Shown here: one piece after another, positions 56,501-64,000 of the stretch
Numbering within the stretch: the first letter of the stretch is position 1
Layout: every line of letters begins with the position of its first letter
Assembly: GCA_965285935.1 (NCBI GenBank)
Contig: OZ260662.1
Span: 41,168,001 to 41,232,000 of the forward strand
Direction: 5' to 3'
Source: Ophelia neglecta
Taxonomy: Eukaryota
DNA: 64,000 nucleotides
The notes under the pieces: generated by a model
Databases searched by the model: none
What the model saw: the letters and a program-made list of their open reading frames with translations, nothing else
What the model was told of the DNA's origin: nothing
Program-made: the position numbers and the translations under genes

Positions 56501-59269
56501 TAACACTATGAGAACGGGTGTACGGTGAACAGCTATGCAATAACCTACATTAAACCAAAATGCATGTTGAGCAATAACCTAGCAATAACCTAGTCACGTG
56601 ACTGAAAAATACCTGTACAGGTAATTGTCTTCAATGGTTTTCCGGTTCCTTTTGGTTACTGGCCGGACAGTGTAGACTCCAATACTGTGTCAATGAACTG
56701 AAATGTTTATCTGTTATCAGGGTATCCAGGCTGGGAAATCTTCCATGGAAGAAACATATACCTATCTTAATGATTTGATCTAAGCTGGTATGATAACTCA
56801 TTTTGTGTACCCGTTTAATATTTTGCTTTTTCTTTTAAGGTGGACATAGAACACGAGTGGCAGAAACACGCCATTGAAAAGGAAGGACAGTTGATGCTGG
56901 AGGTGGGACTGGACATGACTGACTTTTACGTCAGTGTGGAGTGGGACGTGATGAATGCCACGGCCGAGATGTCTTTTACACATTACGCCGGCTCAGTGAT
57001 GCCCTTCAGAGAGTGGCGCTTCAGTGTCGCGCTTCGCCGCAAGTTTCTCTTCTACACAGTGAACTTGATCATCCCTCTCATATCACACGCCTTCATCACG
57101 GTTTTGGTATTTTATCTGCCCGCCGACAGCAAGGAGAAGATCAGTCTTAGTATTAACATTCTTCTCTCGCTGACTGTGTTCTTTCTCATGTTGGCTGAGA
57201 TCATTCCTCCCACCTCCATCGTGGTGCCTTTGCTAGGGAAATACCTGGTCTTCACTCTCATACTGGTCGCCGTTTCTGTGATAATTACAGTAATGACTTA
57301 CAATGTCCATTTCCGGTCTGCGGCTACCCACGAGATGTCGGATTGGACGCGAAAAGTCTTCCTCTATTGGCTACCACGTCTGTTAATGATGCGGCGGCCA
57401 AAAATAGAAAACAGTCACGATGTTCAGCTAAAACATATCAAACTTAACGTGTGCCGCTGCGTAAGCAACGAGGAAGATAGGAACAGTTATCACGGCGAAA
57501 ACGGCCATCGGTACCAGTTTGGCAGTAAAAGGACGCGGACCCAGTCGGAGCTGATGACGCTCTCGAGGGAGCTGGAGGGTATGGGCGAAGACACGACACT
57601 CTGCGTCAACGGCTTCTGCCCGGAAGTGAAACGCGCCATTGAGGGAGCGCTCTATATCGCAAACCATCTCAAGGAAGAGGACGAATATAAAAGGGTAAGT
57701 TGTGAACTACGCTGAAGGCCGAAATCTGAGACATAGATTTTAAAAATTATTCGGAAAAGTCACCCGGTGCGCAGTGCCTAGTATAACTAGAAAAATAGAA
57801 AATGTTATGCTTTGGCTGCGAAAATGTATTGAGTGGCGTCCGCTTTAACGTCCGCCCAGTGCGGCCATGGAATGCGATCTTCACTCTCCGTTCTTTTCAA
57901 CACAATTGGTTGACACGATGATTAGATTTGTGAGATTATCTATAGGTCATGTGTTTCATATTCATTCAAGTAATAAGGAAAATGGTTTTCTTAACGAGGC
58001 CATCATGTATTATGTTCATGTCTACTTACATGGGACATAAGGCGAATTGTATTTATTGCGACCATTCCCATTCAAAACAGCTATATATATGCAGGGTTTG
58101 ATCACCGAGGGAGCTGTGTCCTTCTGAGTTCAAGTACATTCATCTCCTTTTTGCAGGTCACAAAAAAAAACAATTTTATTTGTAAGCCTACTGATAGGGG
58201 ACAGCTCGCTCTATTGGCCTTTGGCTATTTGACCAATCCATAAGAAATAAGTTTAAACTAAACACATCCTTGTCATTATTCCCATCATTCATTTTCACAA
58301 TTTCATTTAAGTTTAGTTTATTTTTTAATCAGTTTTTTTTTGTTAATTGGCGTCTCATTAAGTAATGTCGACGGTCTAATTTATTGTCTAAAAACCTTTT
58401 TTTCAACTTAAATTTGTTTGAAACAAATCGGATTAAACGCTTTATTTATTCAACTTTATTGCAGCAGTCAAGTTTAAATCTTTATGTGCATTGCATTATC
58501 TGAAATAATTATTAATTTGCTAATTTCTGTCCCTGCAAGACCGTATCAATACCCACTACGCAAGACCCACAGTAAACATGTTTGAAAAGATGAGAAAAAG
58601 TTGTCTCCGGTAATAAAACAAGGGATAATTGACCCAGACCTTGTTTCTTTTGATTCAGTTTCACTACAAATGTGCTCAATTTCAGCAAAGAAAGGAAATC
58701 TTTGTTAATTACAGTTGAATATGATTTATTTTCAATGATTTTGGACACTGACACTGTGGCTTGAAACAAAGTAGATGTTTTTGCATTATCATCATAATTG
58801 ACCATGTTGGCCTTAACCTACTCAGGACAACAGACGTTATTTCCAAGAAAATTCTTATTCCAAATGGTAATCCGGGCACGTTTATACATAGGCCTATAAT
58901 AAAGTGTTCTTTGAGCTGAAAAATGTTACCATATAACTTTATTATTACCACAATGCCGTTTTAGCTTAATAGCCACATACCCGACTACCTCACCGCATTA
59001 TATAGAGCTTAGGGAAAGAAAGAAGCTGGGTTCGTCTGCTAACACCAGCAGTGGTTTCGCCACCACTCCCTGATTCCCTTGTCTCATTTAAGTGTCTCCT
59101 TCTTTTTCAGACAAAAGAGGACTGGAAATATGTGGCCTTAGTGATCGACCGTGTGTTTCTGTGGGTGTACGGAGCAGTTTGTGTCTTTGGAACAATTGGC
59201 ATAATCTGTCAAGCCCCCATGCTGTATGATAATCGGAGAAGTCTATATCCCAATTATACCAAACCTTGA
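32374..59269 (+). CDS. Nicotinic acetylcholine receptor non-alpha (beta-type) subunit (gene B), 6 coding exons, about 519 aa
   Basis: Spliced exons (210+45+110+181+855+159 nt) give one open frame: signal peptide, [25 protein letters not shown], Cys-loop [19 protein letters not shown] and M1-M4. Loop C reads HYAGSVMPF, with no vicinal cysteines. Confidence 0.96.
35606..35650 (+). CDS. nAChR gene B coding exon 2 (loop D)
   Basis: ttttacAG|[15 protein letters not shown]|GTacgt; 45 nt. Confidence 0.95.
37080..37110 (-). repeat. (TCAA)n microsatellite, probable 3' tail of a LINE/SINE
   Basis: Minus strand reads ATAAATTTTCAATCAATCAATCAATTAATCAA: a polyA-signal-like motif followed by a short tandem tail. 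Confidence 0.45.
38230..38990 (-). mobile_element. Decayed LINE RT fragment in gene B intron 2
   Basis: Minus-strand motifs in the correct order: YKSGLR..TDTAL (about 38850-38890), D.QKAF (about 38780), [11 protein letters not shown] (about 38600-38632) and FEYADD (about 38530). Many disruptions. Confidence 0.8.
39323..39506 (+). mobile_element. Possible decayed tRNA-derived SINE
   Basis: tRNA-like 5' end GAGCCCGGTCGCTCAGCGGTAAAGCG (Pol III A-box-like at 39333-39343) and a tail GCGTTAAA...ATCAAATCAA. No clear B box. Confidence 0.35.
41758..41867 (+). CDS. nAChR gene B coding exon 3 (loop A)
   Basis: acatAG|[36 protein letters not shown] ac|GTatgt; 110 nt. Absent from the ORF track; translated by hand. 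Confidence 0.95.
43181..46311 (+). mobile_element. pogo-like (Tc1/mariner superfamily) DNA transposon, defective, in gene B intron 3
   Basis: Terminal inverted repeats match at 21 of 23 positions: GTCAAAGGGGCAAATTTCGCTCA (43181-43203) versus the reverse complement of 46289-46311. About a dozen internal AATTTCGCCC-like motifs and internal transposase remnants are present. Exact termini and TA TSD are not resolved. Confidence 0.85.
44011..44852 (+). pseudogene. Spliced pogo-type transposase pseudogene (psq-like HTH, CENP-B-type HTH, start of DDE domain)
   Basis: ATG at 44011. [16 protein letters not shown] is a psq-like HTH, followed by LGRPSI..EEDEEKL. A phase-1 GT-AG intron (44312-44425) joins ARIG|[13 protein letters not shown], then [19 protein letters not shown] and a stop at 44650-44652. 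Frameshifted FLNADET and [18 protein letters not shown] follow; the rest of the catalytic domain is missing. Confidence 0.85.
46807..46987 (+). CDS. nAChR gene B coding exon 4 (Cys-loop, loop B)
   Basis: tttcAG|t [13 protein letters not shown]...[28 protein letters not shown]|GTaagg; 181 nt. Confidence 0.96.
49766..49847. repeat. 22-bp minisatellite, about 3.7 copies
   Basis: CCATAATCAGCGTTCGTTATGA / CCATGGTCAGCGTTCGCTACGA / CCATGATCATCGTTCGTTAGAA / CCATGTTCAGCATTCG. Confidence 0.85.
56840..57694 (+). CDS. nAChR gene B coding exon 5 (loops F and C, M1-M3, cytoplasmic loop)
   Basis: ttttaAG|VDIEHEWQ...SVEWD...[14 protein letters not shown]...[18 protein letters not shown]...EEDEYKR|GTaagt; 855 nt. 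Confidence 0.96.
58600..58900 (-). mobile_element. Possible decayed LINE ORF2 C-terminal fragment in gene B intron 5
   Basis: [10 protein letters not shown]...[11 protein letters not shown] resembles the xRLR..S.L...PxCxC zinc-knuckle region of CR1-group ORF2. Pattern recognition only. Confidence 0.3.
59111..59269 (+). CDS. nAChR gene B coding exon 6 (M4, stop)
   Basis: ttttcAG|[52 protein letters not shown]. Confidence 0.95.
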   Translation, partial: TKEDWKYVALVIDRVFLWVYGAVCVFGTIGIICQAPMLYDNRRSLYPNYTKP

Positions 59270-59285
59270 AGGTCGTACACAATAC

Positions 59286-59291
59286 AATAAA
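59286..59291 (+). promoter_or_regulatory. Candidate polyadenylation signal of gene B
   Basis: AATAAA starting 17 nt after the stop codon; usage unknown. Confidence 0.3.
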
Positions 59292-60136
59292 ATTGCCTGT
59301 TTCCAAAGATTTATATGCATGTGTAGTGAGAATGTGATTTTCCTCCTGACAAATTTCTTATTCTAGTAGTTTCTACGCTATGACCCTCACACATTATTCC
59401 ATTAATTCTCCGCATTGTGCTCATATACAATAAGTGCGCGTTGGGCTTTTTCCTACGGAAATCAGAGGATTAATCAATTCCTGGACCTATGGCCATATTT
59501 ATCCGGTTTCGGAACCAGATGGACATTATTATGATCACAGCGCCACCCTGTTCTCTACGATCTGTTATAGTTTCCTCTTTGATAACTTCGTGGTTACTTT
59601 AATGTGTGTCTATTGATTCCCGTTAAGATCTATTTATTATAACAAGCAATAAGAAACTATTTACAGCAAAAATAAGGAATGTTCGGGAAAAAAGTCCAGT
59701 CGGCATTATCGAATTTCATTTCAGCTATTAGGCAGGTGGGTGTCATAGTTTGTTTGATGTTGAAACAATGTGTTCAGCAGAATGGTTGGATACGGAAACT
59801 GTATTGATACCCTGCAAAACTTGGTGCATTATACATATTGAAGAGATAGCTACTAGGAAGGATGTTCGAAGCTATTTTCATGTTATTTTCTTGAGGCAGT
59901 TCGATGCCAACGATAATTACATAGCGTGGCCTCATCTTCCACAAGAAGAGGAAATATGGCGACCTGATTCCGCAAGATTCCCTGACAATGACTTATAATT
60001 CAGCTGCATAACGTGTAGGTTAGGTTTCACATGAAGGGGCAGCAGATCCTGGAAAAATAGTAGCATGGCAGGAGTCCCACGTCTGGGTTTAAGAGGCAGC
60101 TTAGCTGTCTGGGACAGCTTAATTTAAGACAGTGCT

Positions 60137-60555
60137 CCCAGCAAGACCCGCGGGTCTTGATCTAAATGGTAGTAACCTACCACGATCCCCGTCCCTCGTT
60201 CAAGAGACACCGCAGCAGGGGTCCGGAGTCCTGGATCAAGGGACCTGCTGGCGGGAATTCCGAGTCCTGGTTTTACAGGCCCGCAGTATACAGCATGCAT
60301 TGGAATCCTGGTTTAGGTTAACAGGCCTGTAATAAAACATTCCAGCCAGGATCCTGGTTTATACAGGCTTTGGTTGTTTGGTCCTTAGAAGGTTGGATCC
60401 GAGTGTTCGGTTCACTTATAGAATGCTCTACCGGATCCTCATGATTAGCCTGGATGTACATAAAAATTAATGGGCAGCGCAGGTTCTTGGACCCTATATA
60501 GCTTGTACAGCAATAGTCCTGGGCCATGGTTTGTACAGCAGGATTCTTGGCAGGG
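60137..60555. repeat. MITE-like segment with dispersed (G/A)GATCCTGG motifs and an 18-bp palindrome
   Basis: Ends are CCCAGCAAGA and TCTTGGCAGGG (imperfect inverted repeat), with about 7 GGATCCTGG-like motifs inside and the perfect palindrome CAAGACCCGCGGGTCTTG at 60142-60159. Confidence 0.4.
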
Positions 60556-63500
60556 CCGTAGCCTCGGGGAGGGGGGGGGGGGGGGGTCATTGGAGGTTGC
60601 TGCACCCCTGGGATTTTTCTTGGGGGGAGAGGGGGGGTTCACATTAGTGTGTGGCATTTGGTGGGGACTCGGGGGTCTACTGTTCCCCAGATATTTGACC
60701 GAGGCAACGGCACTGCCTGGTTTCGGGAGGACTCAAGTGGTTCATATGAGTAACTATAGCATTTAAGATACCTGTATACCTCAATAATTTCCGGTTTGTT
60801 TTTGCTATGGCGCAATAACTATATTGTTATCTATAGAGATACTTTCCATAAGTTATTAGAACTATTTCTGTCCATTCTAATTCACATAAGAGTATCGTGA
60901 TTCGAAACTGAAAATGTTCGTTGTGGATAAATTTTTTAAATCTATTTATATATCGTCCTAGTAAGCGGCTATTATAGCACATACTGATCTATACTAATAA
61001 AATAACGAAGCTATAGTATAGAAAAGTCAGGCTTGGAGTCTCACAACCTGCAGTTTTATGTGTAATAGTCCATACCTCATACTTGTGCAATTTTGTTTTT
61101 GAGCTTCAACGGGTCGCTACAAAGAGCAAAAATGAAGAAAAAGCGATAGTTTGTAGGTGAGGCGACATGCCGTCTTCCGTGTCCGAAAAAAGTGTGTGCA
61201 CGTTTGCAATAGATTGAACGTTTTACCCACTCAGCCGTTTGGGCCGGTAACGTTACAATACTAAGACGTACATTTAAGCAATAGAACGTAGTCACATAGC
61301 CTACTGAAATGTTATTGATTTTTATAATTATGTAGGCCTACCTCTGTTTTTACCAAACTTTCTGTTTGATACAGGATTGCGTAGCCAGAGAATTTATACT
61401 GTTGTGGTGTGGGAAAAGGTAATGGTGGTGGGTCGCGTTTGTCGGTGTGGTAGACAGCTCGAGTACGAGGATGGTTGATGACTTAAATTATTCGAAATTT
61501 ATAGGGCTAGGACATTTTCATATTCATCATCCAGGGCGGGCAAAGTTGGCAGGAGGGGGCGGGTGCCGCTGGCAGAGCAAGCGATGGGAGAGTCGTAAGC
61601 CTACAAGGATGACAGGCGTCCATGATGGTCGGGTGAGGGGGGGGGGGGGTAAAGACGGGGGGTAGATGGGATGGGGGGGGGGGGTAGTGATGTGAGGGCA
61701 TTAAGCTAGCTGTTGACTGAGAAAAAACGTGCTGATAGAGGGCCCAGGGGATGAAAGTGAGCGAAGCAAAGAGGTTTTTCTAGTTTGATTATGATTTAGT
61801 AAATGATGTGCAGCTAGGGCGTAGTGATATTTTTTATAGCAGCATCACAAATTGAAAAAAAAAATACACTAAGCAAACTTTGATGAATATGTTTAGGATA
61901 ATATCTTGTACGGTACCGGTGTGTACACTCTGGATGGAAATAACGTAGGGCTATGTTTTCCACCGCGTATTGCAAGTGTATCTGGATGGATAAATTGTAC
62001 GCTTTACCTTTCGTATATGCATATATGGAAAGTTGGCAGTTGGAATGAAACTAATTTTTGTATGCCTGTTGAATTGCCTTACCTTAATAACTAGGGTATT
62101 TAGTAGAAAAAAAGCCGTGTATCTTCACCGCCCTGGCTTCCGGTGGAATACATTTTCTGGATTCTGTATCTTTAACCGTGGGCTCTACTAAGCTGTGGAT
62201 GCATTTGCATTATCCCTTATCCTCAGCTGGTGTGGCCGTTGAAAAGTCGTGGGGTCCAATTTAATTGGTTGAAGCTCTGGTCGTTGAAAATTTAGCAACA
62301 AGGAAAAATTGCATTTATAGCTTCTCGTGTCGCTGAAGAGAGAGCAATACAAGGTCATGCAAGCTATGCAATAACAAATAGTCGCATTTGTTAACACGTG
62401 TGTACATGTGTGTGAGTGTAAGCAACTCAATATGAAACATCATGGCGGACAGTATTCGCATGTAGCATTGAAGTATTGACTATATATGGCAAGGAAAGGA
62501 TTTCAATAACTTGGGCATTCACGTTTCTTAATCTAGGCCGCAACAAGTACCAGATAAAGTGCCTAGGGTGTCGTTCATGGGTCTATCTTGCAGCTGAAGC
62601 ACTGTTTTGTAACCACACAATATCCATTCGGCCGGTATTTTATGGGCGTGGGTTTCGCTCCAATACTGCTGGTCAATGGCCAAAATGGCTCAACGCCCTT
62701 GATACGATCTTAGCTGGAGACTATCCCTTATTCAGACTGTTGTATTCGTGAGAATAATCTAAATTTGGCCAATGTATCGTATAGCATGAGTGCCTCATAG
62801 GTGCCAGCTATAATGTCTTATGGCGTGGGCACAAAGCCGTCAAACAGCACCGTTTATAGGCTGAGACGCTGGTAGGCTAGGCCTGAAGTCCACACCAAAG
62901 ATATCGGCAGACACCCAGTCAAAGAGCAGCATGGTAACATTGCATCATGACCCCCACCATACACTCGCTATTTGCCAACGACATTGCTTATTCCTGTCAC
63001 AAACCTCATAATCATAAACGTATCATTAGTTCCTTCTTGACGGTCATATATCTAACACTGCTATGTTAAACTGCTCTAGCCTTAAGTTGAGTTTTGAGTT
63101 ATATACTTGTCGGTTAAATATCGTCCCAAATATAATCAATTCAACAAAAAGTTATTTGAAGCCCTAATTAAAAATGTTGTCTTAAGAATGAATAATTTTA
63201 ATTAGTTTATCTCTGGATATAAATAATACCAATAGGCCTACATTAATATTAACCATCATTGTGGATAATGGCCTATCTCAGGAGTTTGAGCACACATTTA
63301 AATGTTTGTATAAACTACCTATAGAGACTGTTATGTAATCCTATGCTAAGATAAATTGTGTATATATATTGTGTTTTTTATGGTGCTGTAAATAAACTTT
63401 GTCAAAGTTGAGAACTCATCAACCTTGGCCTTTTCAAGCTTACCCTCTCTTATGTTTTAAGTCCAGTGCTACGATAAAAATGTTTATGTGTATAAAATCA

Positions 63501-64000
63501 CGTTTAGATGCTTAACTCATTGCTGCTGTCGATTGTTCCTGGAAGCTCTTAACACTTGATTACAGACTTTTTCTCATTAAAAATGTCAGATTATGGTCCG
63601 ATCCGGGATAAGCTCGGTTGATTTTTCCTTCATAAATATTACTTATGTACATTTATTTGTTTATAAATGTGTTGTACAGTAACTATTGTAGATTTATTTA
63701 CCTAGTTTGTGTATCAATCATATATATATAAAGAATGCTATTTAAATAAGATATGATTATATTGTGATTTATTTCTAATGTAATTTGCAGGTATCAATGA
63801 AACATGAAAAATCTTTCTTTCTTTGCTTCAGCAATGGCCTTAAGGCAGAAGCCAGGTTGATTTACAAATTAGAGCATAAACATTTACATTTACAAAATGT
63901 AACAGACGCGAAAATTAACCTTGACAAAAACTAAATGTCCTTCAAAGAGTAGAAATGTATCCGCGTACTGAAAAATCTAAAGGTTGTGTAGGGAGAGAAT

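Noticed and set aside
46988-56839. Duplicated, mutually exclusive nAChR exons in the long introns (as in insect alpha4/alpha6)
   Set aside because: No second copy of any exon was recognised by eye; TBLASTN of each exon against the introns would be needed to exclude it.
62625-62700. tRNA-like fragments (GGCGTGGGTTTCG; TGGCCAAAATGG)
   Set aside because: The B-box-like and A-box-like pieces are in the wrong order and no cloverleaf can be built; at most a decayed SINE.
63770-63860. Acceptor-like site (taatttgcAG at 63790) as an exon of a neighbouring gene
   Set aside because: No recognisable coding sequence follows and the window ends.
1-64000. Most short (60-160 aa) ORFs in the ORF track
   Set aside because: No recognisable domains, many non-ATG starts, or antisense shadows of real exons; expected by chance in intronic and intergenic DNA.

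Overview
AT-rich eukaryotic (invertebrate animal) genomic DNA with spliceosomal introns; no prokaryotic features. Two complete nicotinic acetylcholine receptor (nAChR) subunit genes dominate the window, arranged head-to-head with about 9 kb between start codons. Gene A (minus strand, CDS join 23451-23200, 22667-22623, 22145-22036, 18436-18256, 15035-14190, 10919-10770; about 527 aa) is an alpha subunit with loop C YPCC and a GC-AG intron. Gene B (plus strand, CDS join 32374-32583, 35606-35650, 41758-41867, 46807-46987, 56840-57694, 59111-59269; about 519 aa) has the same exon architecture but lacks the vicinal cysteines, so it looks like an alpha-derived non-alpha subunit. Both have atypical M2 residues. 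Mobile DNA includes a 5'-truncated but open LINE ORF2 (RTE-X-like, 4305-6623, ACATT tail) and an intron-containing, internally damaged pogo-like transposon in gene B intron 3. The first coding exon of that transposon is in the right phase to splice in-frame onto nAChR exon 3. There are also several decayed LINE fragments, a SINE-like piece, a 22-bp minisatellite and a strongly over-represented TAGGCCTA palindrome. I found no convincing wholly new system. The best leads are the divergent alpha/non-alpha pair, the possible nAChR-transposase chimera and the TAGGCCTA excess.
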